Source: Balanoglossus misakiensis
Lineage: Eukaryota > Animalia > Hemichordata
Length of the DNA: 64,000 nucleotides
Direction: 5' to 3'
NCBI GenBank assembly: GCA_040954595.2
Contig: CM082589.2
Coordinates: forward strand, 6,755,186 to 6,819,185
Below are positions 1 through 12,658 of the stretch, in pieces. The position numbers were made by a program, and so were the translations under genes. A model generated the notes under the pieces. That model was given only the letters and a program-made list of their open reading frames with translations, did not search any database and was not told the DNA's origin. The first letter of the stretch is position 1. Each line of letters opens with the position of its first letter.

Positions 1-980
1 ATCCGCAAACTTTTAATACTGAAGTTATTGCCGCTGCCCAATTAACAGCTTTTTCCTTCGACACAATATTGTTGTTAATAAACTTTTTCCTCGTCATTGT
101 TTCTGCTGGGTCAGGTTACAATTTCATATCCATACTCTGCCCGCAGTCATCGATGAATCATTCTTGCTTCATTGCTACCGTCATATTTTATCCACGCCCG
201 GCTTGCGATGAGCTTGCTTGTCGTGCCAGAAAGTGTCTTTTTTTTCCTCCTCGACTGTCTTGTAACAGGAATGTAACTGTATTTTTATAAAGAGTCCTTG
301 TCCTTTGCTGTGGGGATAGTTGGGAAAGTGTAACTGAATACACACGCAGAAATAAATTCTGTGGAATGTGCCAGTTGAAATGGAAGATGATTTCTTCTTT
401 TTCTTTTTGCTGTGTAGAATACAGTCAGCAGCTTACATGCAGTTGTGGGTGGTTTGGCTTGAATCGAACTAGTTTAAATGTGTACTCTAAGAATTACTAG
501 ATGCCCACGTAAATGTACCTCAGGTGAATTTGCTATCATGATCATTTCATGTTGCAAAGCTAAAACAGTTTTGTGCTTTTTTGTGATCAAAGCAAAAAAG
601 TCATTTTGTGTAAATAACTTTGCACAGAAAGTGCTCAACAGGTATAAGATCTTAGTACATGTACGTCCACTCAACTAGAATACCCGTGGGATTCCAGGAA
701 TTGACTCTGTTGAGAGATTCTCGTCTTCATGGAAGAAAGGGGTTTTAATTTTTAGGGATTCTTTTTTTAGGAGTAGCTTCTCATGCCTGTATTTTTCGCA
801 CTCCTTCACCCCTGTGGCCTTGTATAATAGTCTGACCCACACCGCCATTGACAACAATAAGGTTAAACCAAGCTGTGGTGGTGAAGGTTGAACAGGAAGG
901 TCTGAGAATCCCTGGTTTCCTTCACGTCCGAATTTCAAGAGCATGGCCCGCGAAAAAACCATGTCGAATGATGTCGCGTA

Positions 981-1077
981 TTAAACCTCTTTCACTGTAT
1001 TCTTTTGCTCCGACTCTGTTGCCTTCAATGGCATTGCCGGACCTCTGAGACTGGGAAATGGGGGGTGAAAGGGTTAA
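981..1077 (-). mobile_element. Short degenerate piggyBac-like MITE (~95 bp), copy A
   Basis: ttaa-acctctttcac ... gtgaaaggg-ttaa: TTAA at both ends with imperfect CCCTTTCAC/GTGAAAGGG termini. The reverse complement aligns by eye with 23240-23332 (tttcaccccc..tttccc..ctcagaggtcc vs tttcaacccc..ttcc..ctagaggtcc). TTAA plus CCC...GGG ends is the piggyBac signature. Confidence 0.55.
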
Positions 1078-4000
1078 GGTGTGTTGAAGCCGACTTCAGA
1101 TGTTGACACGTGATGTAGAATTCTTAACTCCCCCAAGTCTACCTGTACCGTACCCCAACTCAACCACCCAGTTCGACAGTTGCATGTGGTTCGCTCTGGA
1201 AGTCCTCCCCCCCCCCCTTGTTTTTTCTATACTCCCGCAAGAATTTGCAAATTTTAACAACATGGCAAATGTCAAACGCTGTATACGGCCTCACTCTCCC
1301 CGAGGAAATCTCCCTTGGCTCGGCGCGGCATTTTTGGCGGGTTTTTTCCAGCGCGGCTACCTGCCACATGTGTTTTAACAGCATCGCCGGCTAGTCTTGA
1401 AAACTGAGGTGCCATTTTCTGCCTGCCGTATTCTAATCCCACAGCTGTTAGTTTATTTACTCCAGATGATTTTGGAAATAAATTCTGACCTGTGAGATTA
1501 AGAGCCCTAACAACTGAATCAACACGAGAGTAGTGAAGTTCTCTTCGCAGGAAGGGAATATTTCTTTGTTGTTTGTGTTCTGCTTCAGCTGTTCTTGTTA
1601 AATGTGAAAGTTTTGATAATCCTGGCGCAGAAACGCGGGAGAAAAAAGTGTCGGGCGGGGTGGCGGGCATGTTACAAAGGTGTATAAGCAAACAATGGCC
1701 ATCTTTTGCCTCCCCAGTCAAACCAAACAGTGGTTAAGTCCCCGCGTTATTTTGATAGCATTCGTCTCCGCACCAGTGGGTTTGCAGTCTTGCCTGTAGA
1801 ATGCCGGGCTATTGTTGGTTTAAATTGAACTTTGATGATGTCAACCATTGTCTCTCGGTGGTGCTGGGATCTTTTGGATGGAAGTTGAAGGTGACGCGAG
1901 ACCGTAATCGTTAAGCGTAATCCCGTCAAGATCCCGTACGACTTTGCCGTCCATTTGCCAAGGGAAAGTATATTATAGTCAAGCGATCCGTTCATTGGGT
2001 TTTCTTTCGGACTAATCTAAAATCCGTGAGTGTGCTATTAATGTTTGACAGGAACTGAGAAAATCGATAAAAACTATAGAAATGCAATCTTCAAACAAAC
2101 TTCATGTTGTCTCAACTGTGCTTTCTTCGGCGCTCTGAGCAACGTTTTAAATTCTTCGATCTGTTAATCCGGTGAATGAATTTTTTGTGTGACTTTACAC
2201 AGAAGCATTTCATACATTTCGATTCATTTACTGAAATGTCATTGTTTTTGTATGGAACAACAAAAATATATTTCTGTCGTTCAGACAAAACCGTCAAGAA
2301 CATTTGCGTCTTGTGTCTTGTTGTCCTTAGGTTAGAAGTTTTTTGAAATTCAAGACCTGATGATGCAGTGTTCAGGTTTTTGTTCATAACTTTTGGACAA
2401 TATGCAATGTGCAGTCCCAGGTTGAATTTAAATATATCTTGCAAGTTTTAAAAATGCAGAAAAAAAGTGAATTTTGGTGGGGAAAGAAGCGCAAGAGTTA
2501 GTGGAATTCAAGTTCAACTATTAAAATTCTTCTAAATCTGTGTAGTTTTGGAAATCGTGTTTCTTTCTGCAATTTCAAATTTTTATTGAAAGTTGGTTGA
2601 GATCTATTGCTAGCCGTTGCAAAATTGAAAAGATTGCGGGGAAGACAAGTTGTTGTGCCCGTCGGTTGAACATCGCAATAAATGCATGACAGATATTTCC
2701 ATTTTCCAATATTTCTGAAGTGTTGTTTTGTTTGTGTGCGCTGTTAAACAGACTAATATTGGAGTTGACTATTACACAAAAGCATATAATGCACACAGGG
2801 TCATCTCAGTTGAACCGTGCCACTATTTGTCTACATTCAGGAGGTCAAAGTGATTGGGTTTCACTCCCCGCGCAACCTTCGCATCTCGTTGGAGTTTTGC
2901 CCTCGTCGACGTCGATCCCACAAAAGCAGCCATTCCCTGGAAGAGCCCCGAGGACAAACTGGCAACTTTTTGTGAGTGCTGTCGCGGAAACGAATGAAAA
3001 ATTTAACGAAACTTTGGGGGGAAATGTGTCGTTTTGTGGCGAATCGCGAAGTTGTAAAATATCCTGTTTCCTCCTTAAAAAGGGAATTTGTTCGATTGTC
3101 TTGTATCTTGTTTCAATGTTTCAGAAATGCAAAATTCTACTTTATTGTCAAATTGTAGAAAAATTACTAAAACTGCACCATTTTTTGTTCTGGATGTGAA
3201 AGCTTTTGCTGATCTCATTCTCAACAAAAATCATAAAATTTTACAATTATTTTCAACTCAATTTTTGCTTTTGAACCAGATTAGAACCAGTCCGAGAAAT
3301 TTCTTCTGAAACGGTTGAACACGACTGCTGTCGAATCTTGTGCAGTTTCATATCCTGTGAGCTGCACATTTAGTCCGGGATGCTGTAAGTCGGGATAAGA
3401 AAATCGAATTCTTCTGATCAGATCATTCCACGGCGACATACATGAAGAAAATTAATAAAAGTTTGAATTTGTGAACATGTAAATTTTTGTCGGTCGACCG
3501 ACAATTTCTGCCACAGACTGGCAAATTTGAGGGTTGTTTTTTTTGCGGCGAGGCTGTTAAAAATAAAATGAAAAAAAAATGGATGACTTAACAGGAGAGG
3601 ATTATGCGGACCACTTGTTTGTCATCGACCGACCAGTCATCCTGCCGCAGCTTTTTTCCCGCTGACCTGTCGGACGACCTCGGCCCACAATAAAAATAGT
3701 GCAGAAATTACAGAGCAGTAAAGTGTGAAGAGGATGTCCACTCCAGTGTCCCTGCAGAATGTCAACAACTGGCTGTGTGTCTCACTCTTACTACACCCTT
3801 ATGTACATTCTGCTTAAAAAGGAAGAGAGAAATTTGTAAACTGTCCGTCGGATGTACATTGTGACTGGACAAACACTTACACCGCACCGGCAGCTCTTGG
3901 CGACTTGATTGAAACGAGAGTTTTCGCGTGTGACTGACCTCCTGATGATTGCTCTCGAAGATGATATGGGGGAAATTTGAGAAATTGTAGAAATTTCGTG

Positions 4001-5355
4001 ATTGTCAGCCTCGCATTTTAAATTGAAAATGTGAGAATGTAGCTCGGTTATTGAACCATCTTTTAGAGGTGTGGATTTGGCTGAGTGGGTTTTGTGTGTT
4101 TGACTTCCTTGCTACCGCGAACAGGGGTGTAGGTTGGGTTGGAGTTTGCACGAACGGGGGATGTAGGCTGGGTCAGTTTTGAATCTCGTGGAATACAAGT
4201 CTACTCACAGTTTAACCAGAATGAGGAGTATCATGTTATTGATTGTTTGCGTTCTGGAAAATCTTACAGGGAGAATGAAGGAAAGAAAGAAAGAATGAAA
4301 GACAGAAAATGAGTGCCTGTCCAAAAGTGTGTATTTGGGGGTTAGGGTGGGCTTGCATGCTAGTGGCTGGTGTGTTCACGAAGTGTGTTGTTTATCAACC
4401 ATCAACGTAGCGGTTGTGTTATACGATAGAGCGCGGGACGTAGTTTTCTGTACGGAATACATGTACATGTAACAAATCTTTGTCATTGATGCCCGAGTGA
4501 CAACTGTGTTGATCACTTGCCTGTGTCCGTTCATAATACTTAGCATAGTTGGATCGTAATTGTACATTAAGCCCAGTGTGAAGAAGGCCAGTTGATAGCA
4601 ATATTATCTTGTCGCAACATACCAACATGGCGGGTATGACAACTGTGATCTTCACCATTAACCATGTAACTCGTACATATCCCGTGGCCCCCATATTTTG
4701 GTATAATCCATCAGCTTTTAATGGTGGGGTTTACTACTAATGTTGAAAAGTAGGGGGTTCCGTCCCTTTAGGACATTTTCTTCACAAAATAGTACTGCCT
4801 GATAATTCTTCAAATTGGTGAATTCTAATGTTTGTACAAAATTTCTTCAGTTTTCAAAACTTAAAACGAGGTACGTTGCTTTATCTCATTTTCAATGAAA
4901 TAATGATAGTTTTGATGCCATATAGAGCCTAAGATATTTCTAAATTTAGGATACTTTGGCGTTAGAAAATTGCAGTTGATCGGGTGGGTACTTTTCTCTG
5001 TAATTTTGAAAGGGAAAGTTTTATCTTTCTGTCCCAAAGCAAAGTATTCACCTAAATATAGAAACTGTGGACACAATAAGTAACCTGTTGTACAAATGAT
5101 GGGGTAAAATAGTTTGTGTTACTTGGAAATCACCACTGGAAAATGATACAGACATATCAGTTTTGTTGCTTAAAAAGTAGATGTCAAATTTTAGATAGTT
5201 TTCTTTATTAAAAGATTTGATGTTCGTCCCGAATGTTGCTTCCCGTGATTTGCAGCAAAAATTGCATTCTTTCACTGATGCCATGGGACAACCTTGAAAC
5301 AGGATGTTTGGAATTTCAACTGTACATGCGTGTGTTTGTCACTTGGTTGAGCTAT

Positions 5356-5443
5356 GCTTTTATCCCCGCTTACCACAATGAACTAGTCCAACTACGTTGA
5401 AAACAATGGTATTGGACCCGAAAAATTTAGTGGTGAAGGGGTT
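5356..5443 (+). mobile_element. Short degenerate piggyBac-like MITE, copy C (eroded)
   Basis: ttttatcccc...gtccaact...aacaatggtattggacc...gtggtgaaggggtt is collinear with 23240-23332. The TSDs are no longer intact. Confidence 0.4.
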
Positions 5444-6844
5444 GCAATGACTTCAGTGTGTTTGTACGACTACTCGCGTCGGGAGAATCTGACAGATTTG
5501 GCATTCGTGTTCCCTAGCGACAGCTGCGTAACCGGGCTATGTTAGCATAGCAGTGGAATACACACGCACGCACACACAGAAAGACACACCAGAATACTTC
5601 ACAAAAGTTTGAGGAGCAAACTATCAACTCCGCTGCGATATATAAACACTTCACCACAACTGAGTGCTTCTGAATTCTCCCGTATCCTCGGCAGAAATCA
5701 CTCAAATTCACGTCGGCCACGCATGTGCGCTTGAGCAAGGCTGCCATCTTGGGGACAAAGCTCTGAGGCCGGTTTCAGTTTCCCACAAGGAGGCAATCAT
5801 TTTCTGCGCACTGAAAAATGTTAAAATATGCAGAGATTTGGAGTTTATTTGTATACAGTTTGTGAACACAGGAGCTAAAAAATCATGTATACTCGCCATA
5901 ATATCTTATGGATGCACTGTATCAAATCTGGAGCAAACACGAAACGTTCCGTGGGGGAGATTGAAGTTTGCCTCGGGATAAGGCAACTAATACGATACAC
6001 TGACATATACGGAAACTATCGAAAAAATTCTTCTAAATCAGTGTCTTAGAGAATGCCCACAGAAAGTTTCTGTTTTTCTGTAACAAGAGGTTTTGTGATA
6101 TATATTATGTCAGAAATAACCTGCTTATTATTCCACATCACTGTCGATGAAAAGTCGTCTACAAGATCGTTATGAGAATACTGTAGGTTTTGTGGAGGAG
6201 TTGAGATGAAATCATTTCTTCTGCACAGTGAACCTTTGAGGGACCTCCTGGACTGTTGACATTTTGTGTTGTTTCGTCTCTGAAATTTTGATGTTGTTTG
6301 GTTCTCTGTAATTCTCGGTCACATGCAAGTGCTGCAGTATTACTGGGTGTGCGACCATTTTCCTCTGTAACGGACAAGATATTGAAAGTGCAAAACATCA
6401 CAAATTTTTTGCATCAAGATTTCTAAATCCAAATTCTTACAGATGGACCACAAAATGCTCAGATTTTGTGCCAATTGCCAGAAATCATCAAAATAAAGAC
6501 AAAATAGTCTGTTATGTATGCCTGTGTCTTTTTATCGTAGTAAGAGAAAAGTTTTGCTGTCGTAAAACAGTCGTAGTTCAGCTTTATTAGATAAAGGAGG
6601 TGATTTATAGTGTTGATGTCAGTGTAAGAGACTTCTAACACAATAAATTAAAGAGTCTCCCCCGCCCAATGATTACCAGTTTACACCCATTGCAGCAATC
6701 TTTGACAAATGAATGTTTGTTGTCAGGGACAGCCGATGTTGTCACTTTGTTCTTCTGCTTATTTTATCCACCATTACTTTCCCTATTGTTATGTAAATCG
6801 CCAGTTTAATGTACAGGCTTAACGCTGGGTTCACTTTTTCATTG

Positions 6845-7032
6845 TTCCGCCTCCCCGGTGCCCTTTGTGTACCCGGTGCCGTCTGCTCTCGCTTGAACTC
6901 AGAGCCGAGCGTGTTCATAGACTAGTTTTACACGGCACGGGTCCGTATCGTCGAGCTCTACCCGGGACGTTTTAACCCTACATCGTTTTTTTTTTGCTCG
7001 CAACCGAACGAAGTTCTGTAACCGAGGTAAGA
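6845..7032 (+). promoter_or_regulatory. CpG-rich segment ending in a strong 5' splice donor; candidate non-coding (first) exon
   Basis: Locally CpG-dense stretch ending ...aaccGAG|GTAAGA (donor at 7026/7027). There is no ATG in the preceding ~180 bp. Confidence 0.3.
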
Positions 7033-7554
7033 AAAACTACAAGTTATCGACAAGCGGCGTTCCAATTTGGGTCCGGCTACTGACTGGCTGGCTTCTTTTA
7101 ATTACGTCGCTGCGCGATAGACAATAACGAGGCTTACACGAACATGTGGCCATATGTGTGTGTACATACAATGTAGCCATGTTTACACTGCAGTTCATAG
7201 CATATACATTTCCTATACACATCATCGACTTCATTTCGCAGGTAGCTATAAGCCTTCGGACTTAATAGAAAACGCTCCACCTCCTATAATTTCTCTTATA
7301 GTTTGTAGCTATTTAGATATATTTTGCTTCAAAACTTTTCTGAAAATTTTGTGGCGTAGATTTGATTTTCTAAAACTACGTATTTCTGGTAATCTACATT
7401 TAGGCTCAGAAATCAGGATACAAAATCGAAGGATTTTTTTAGAAATCATGAGTTTCAACTTTCCTAGAGGTGTTATACTTGAGGAAAATGAATGGTAGAC
7501 CATACACTACAGATTATTCAGTATGATTATACCATTGAGAGGTCATTGGTGTGG

Positions 7555-7642
7555 TCATCATCATCACCACCACCACCACCACCATCATCATCGTCATCGT
7601 CATCACAAATATCATCACCATCATCATCACCACCAATGAATC

Positions 7643-7689
<47 letters not shown>

Positions 7690-7741
7690 GTCGTCGTCGC
7701 TACCACTGCCACCATCACCACCACCACCACAATAATAATAT
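7555..7741. repeat. Compound trinucleotide microsatellite (CAT)n/(CAC)n/(CGT)n/(AAT)n
   Basis: Directly visible. It explains the poly-His, poly-Ile and poly-Met ORFs at 7492-7787. Confidence 0.95.
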
Positions 7742-9120
7742 TGTAATATTGACTTCTAATTTGAGATCGCTTCTATGGCATCATTAAAAGAATATTCTGT
7801 AACTGGTCTCAACAATGGTGTATATGATATACATATCAATTAAGTATTGTGAATTTGTTTCCTGATACAGTTAAGATACATGTATAGACCTTATGGCAAT
7901 AATGATCTACAGGTCATTATTTCCATATTGACCTTCTGAAAACAGACCTAGTGAGGAGTCATTTATACCCAGGATTGACTTATGAATAATCTGCATAACC
8001 CATGATAAGCCATAGGTCACACAAGGGCTAAGTTTCCTGATTAGTATTAAGGGGGGGGGGGGGGCTAAGGGTCATCAATTAACTGAAGAAGTATGACAGG
8101 ACACTATTAAATAAAGCAATAAGCTTAATTAATTAACTGCCAATTTAAGTAGGAAGCTAGAATGGTTGAACCATGACCAAAAGCGGTCTGGCTAATGTTC
8201 CGTTTAAGGGATGGGCCATTTCATATCCTGGGAGGGGTCTGAGATTAATTTTATGGCAGGAAATTTTGTACAGGAACATTTTATACTGATCACATATTAA
8301 TGAGAGCAATGACTCAAATGGAAGCGTAGTGTCATTTATGTTAATTGTCTCTGTGTAAAATCACTCATTATCAGAAAACGTTAATTATGAACCATTTTAT
8401 TGGCAATTTAGTCTTTGCTGAATGTCTCTCGCAGAGCATGAAGTCTATCGTACCATGAAAGAACATTCATGCAGTACAAAATGTGCATTCTTCCTGTTAA
8501 AAATAGTGTGAGCCTCTTTCATTTTAAATTTAGATCCTAAACCAGGCCTGTCTGGGATTACGATGATGAAGGTATTAAAATAAACTTGTTTTGTTGCAAG
8601 GTGTGTTCAGTGGATTCTATAAAAACTTTTGCTGGCAGTTGCAACAGACAATGAACAAACAGGATAGTGACTGGGGGAAAAAAGTGAACAGTATTTTCTA
8701 TAGAGTAAGAAGTTTGGAAGGGATGTACTGATCGGTGTACTTGTAAGTGTACTTTTACGCATTTAACACTACATCACTTAGGCTAGTAGTAAGGCAGATT
8801 GGTTTATTAAATGGCCAGGCAAAACAACCTGTGAGAAGGTCAGCTGGATTTTGACAATAAATAAACTTCTCATTTACCTACCTACCAACCAACCAATCAG
8901 CATTAGGGGCAACCAGGTGTACTGTACTTGTAGTTGGCCAACCAGTAGCATCAGGCCCAACCAGAATGACTCACGAGATAGCTGCTGCTAGTACAACCAG
9001 AGAATATCTACCAGACAATCATTCACAGACCCTTACCACCAGCATTTTAAAAAGAGAGCCTCAGGAACAACCAGCCAGTAGTGCCAGCGTCGACCATGTG
9101 ACAGAAAAGTGGTATAGAAA

Positions 9121-9157
9121 CAACCAACCAGTCCAACCAACCAACCAACCAACCAAC
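9121..9157. repeat. (CCAA)n tetranucleotide repeat at the end of a degenerate ACCAG/ACCAA-rich tract (from ~8880)
   Basis: caaccaaccagtccaaccaaccaaccaaccaaccaac, with repeated aaccag words upstream. Confidence 0.8.
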
Positions 9158-12100
9158 TGATCATGACATCATGAATCATGAAGTCATTCATAGGCGGTCG
9201 GTAAAGTCTTTGCATACAACTGCTACACACAGGCAGCCGGGCCTCTATCTCTGACGTTTTAAAATATACAAAGCATCATTGTTTGTTTGCAGTGACTATC
9301 ACTCAATTGCGTGGCCAGGGAGAAGCCTTTTTTTCTTCGAACTGAGCCAGTCACAGCTAGCTGTCTGTGGTATCCATCCATTCACTGGCTTTGCGATTTG
9401 TCAGTCTTTTTTTCCCTTCCGTGGTAGGTCTCCATGATTTATAGCTCGATGTCAGTTCATTCAGTGCTAACTACTGTTAAGGGTTCTCAAATGAGTTTTC
9501 ATCGTCTAAGATTTCAGCCACAAAGCGTTGCTGTTGCTACGTTCTAAATACCTTGTATATTCAGCCATTACCACATTACTGTTTTCTCTGAGGTTCAGTG
9601 TCCTTTTTGTTGAAATTTCTGCTTGGCGCTGAGAGAGAGAGATATCTAGCCATTGTTTTGTGTACAAGAAACTATCATACACAAAATATGCCAGATTTAC
9701 ATCTCACATCTTTAAAAGCTCTTCAAAATAATAGATTGCATCTTTTTATACGGATATCAATCACAATTGTCTACTCCTACGTCATGTTCAGAATCATTCC
9801 ACACAGCCCTGACATTACAAAATGTGTAAATTTGAATGATTACAACATGTTTCTTCAAATATGTCTTTGAGTTGCTACCTACTTCAACGTGAACAGGAAA
9901 ATATTACCTGATGGAAAGGTCCTTAATGTCACTGTGTTAACAGAGAGAATTTGCGGTGTGAATGAGATAGGGAGAGTGGTGATATTGTCACAAACAGATT
10001 GGCTTCCGCTCGTGTTGCAAAGTCAAGAAACGACGAGTAATTTGCTGGAAATTGGATTAAGTTCTGTGTCTTCACCGGGTCGTCTGCGGTGTTTGTAATT
10101 TGTTATCCGTCGACGTTATCCCCAAAATTGGTGCCAAAGCTGTCAGCGTCTTCGATCGACGTTGGTTGAGAAGATTAATGCTTGTCTCCGCTCTGAAGAT
10201 TGTCTTGTCGCGTTCCCTATAAAAAGTTGCCAGATATAGTGAAAGATTAGTGAAAAACCTTGTCAGCTTTGACAGTATTTAGTCCGAATGAAAAAAAAAC
10301 TATACATGTAGTATTGAGAATTGTTTGTGGCTCTTCTCTCAATGTTTTTTTTGTTGAATTTTGTTTTGGTAGAAAAATCTTGTCACTGATCGATATGATG
10401 CAATATTCTCTCTAGTATTCAGATGCATACAGACATTTCTTCATCAGAATCAGGTGAGATTTGTAAAAAAATTATCACAAATTTGCCAAATTTTGTGAAT
10501 GGCTAATTTTTTTGAGTGAACGGTAACACGCACGTGTGGGCGTATGTTTTCTGGTAAAAACGACAAATGTTGTACAAGTACCTAAGTGAAGATCAGTCAT
10601 TACAGCTTATCATTTATATGGAAAGATCCTACTTTTTCTTGCACTGAAAAAAACCCCACAGTAACTTTACTCCGTTCGACCCCGCACTGCATTTGTAATA
10701 CATTTAGGCTATTCAGTTACAGGAGAGGTTACGATCTCTGCCAAACTGAGGCTTAAATTGGAAACTACGCTGATGTCTTGTAAAATATGGGCTTGCTGTG
10801 AGGTGAACACCTCCATTTAAAAGTGGCCACCACAGACCATGAAGCTCAGCTGTAAATTAACCCCGTGTCTTGAACCCGTTGCCAAATTTACTGTCGAAGG
10901 TTTCGGCTCTCATGCCGGCGTTGTCAGTTTGTGTCACCGGCTTGCCAGCCCTAATTAAATTCCAGTTTGATTTTTGACCGATCGGTGTATTTTTGAAATG
11001 TTACGACATGCAACCGTGGTTACGAGGGACATGAATCGTGCATATAAATACTTTGTTGTTGTCGCCGATTTTTAGAAGATGATTTTTTTACGAGGAATGT
11101 GGTAGTTGTAGAGAATTACAACACAGAGAGTAAGTGATCCGATCTTGTTAAAAATTGAGACATAAATACATCAGAGCAAAACAGCCAAATGCCAAGAACA
11201 GTTGGAAAGAACTACACTTCATCCAAAGTTCTATGTTAGTATTCTAAGAAGTAACTTTTGTCACAGTTGACTGAACTGCACTTAGTTAAAAGCATAATAA
11301 TGTTTTGAACCAAAAAATTGGCTCTCTCTTGAGACTGTACCAAAAAAATTAAGTAATTGTTTCTGTTGTACTGTGTAACATCAGAAAGAAGCAAATTCTT
11401 TGAAACGGATATCAGAAGTTTCATTCAGTTCAACATGTATGTACATCATAATGTTCACCTATAATATTTTGCTGTGTTTGAAGGATACATATATAATGAG
11501 TGTGTTTGTATCAGTTTACTGATATTATTTATTGGTAACAAAACTTATATAACAATTCTTGTTCTGAGTATAATTGAAAAAGAAAGCAGAGACGTAGACA
11601 AAGATTGGCAAATCACGGGATAATGAGTAATCTTGTGTCGTACACTGAAATTTTTGAGCGTGGGTGGAATCGATTTTCCGTGATTTTTTTTGAACAGTTG
11701 ATGAAGATAAACTTCAGTGAACAAGCTGAAGGAAATCAGTGGTTGTATAAAAGGTAGGGTGAAATTGCCGTTGACAGAAATGTCCGGCAGTATCGATGTC
11801 ATACGTACAGAGGAATAAACAGAGAGAAAAACATGTTTTTGCCAAGAGTCACTCGATTATTTTTGTCCGCCGTTTCAAAGAATTTCATACGATAGAAGTT
11901 GGTCTTCAATTTCAAAGTGTTTGCCGAGTACTAAAAACTTTCTGTCGGCTACAACTGGTACTGATCGATTGGCAACAGTTGTGTTCCAGTAAAAGTTGTG
12001 ACATTGTATTATGCCTGGTTAAATTCTGCTACAAAGTAGACAGTAATTGACTACAAATTATTCTACGAAGCATTGAGGCTTTCCAAGAACATTAGATACA

Positions 12101-12450
12101 GTGTAGCAACTGCAACGGCCAATCATTGGCTGCGGATGAGACACTATTCTCGAAAGGGAGGGGAGAATTTTGTGGCATGGTGGCGTGCTCTGCTTGTAAT
12201 TCTGCGACAAGGCTCTTTCGTGATATGTGTCGGGTTACTTTCTCTCACTGCCGAATATGATCTGTTCTTTTTACAGCTTGTAGCAATTTTGTAAAATTCA
12301 ATCCCTTTATCCCCGATACTCTTGGCTCTTTCAGATTTTTTTTTTCAGGGGGAAAAAGGAGAATGCATTACCTGTAGATATGAACAGAAGATTTTTTTTA
12401 TTTCTTGATATTACACTTCTTCAGATACCCCTTTGTAGCGTTCTGGTATA

Positions 12451-12658
12451 ATGTAAAACACTTTATTTTCGCGAGCAATAAATTTTCGCCAAATACGCGA
12501 GAGCCCAAATAGCGTGAAAATAAAAAGTCGCGTAAATTGTTTTTGAAGATAACGATGCAGTGAATTAAATACGAGAACGCGAAAATTAATACTCGTGAAA
12601 CAGTGGCCTCTTTTGATATCGCGAAAAATTTAACTCGCGAAAATAAAGTGTTTTACAG
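12451..12658. mobile_element. Tc1/mariner-type MITE (208 bp, TA TSD)
   Basis: TA|atgtaaaacactttattttcgcgag ... ctcgcgaaaataaagtgttttacag|TA. About 24 bp of perfect terminal inverted match (first base mismatched), extending imperfectly to ~40 bp. Internal cgcgaaaa/cgtgaaaa subrepeats are present. Confidence 0.8.

Noticed and set aside
3487-3504. Perfect 18-bp palindrome ttgtcggtcgaccgacaa
   Set aside because: One palindrome of this length is not unexpected in 64 kb, and it has no associated element ends.
7492-7787. Poly-His, poly-Ile and poly-Met ORFs
   Set aside because: They are translations of a compound trinucleotide microsatellite, with no flanking coding signal.
10416-10453. 38-nt exon-like segment (ctctctAG ... 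CAG|GTGAGA)
   Set aside because: It is not frame-preserving, its internal ATG is in phase 1, and there is no other support.
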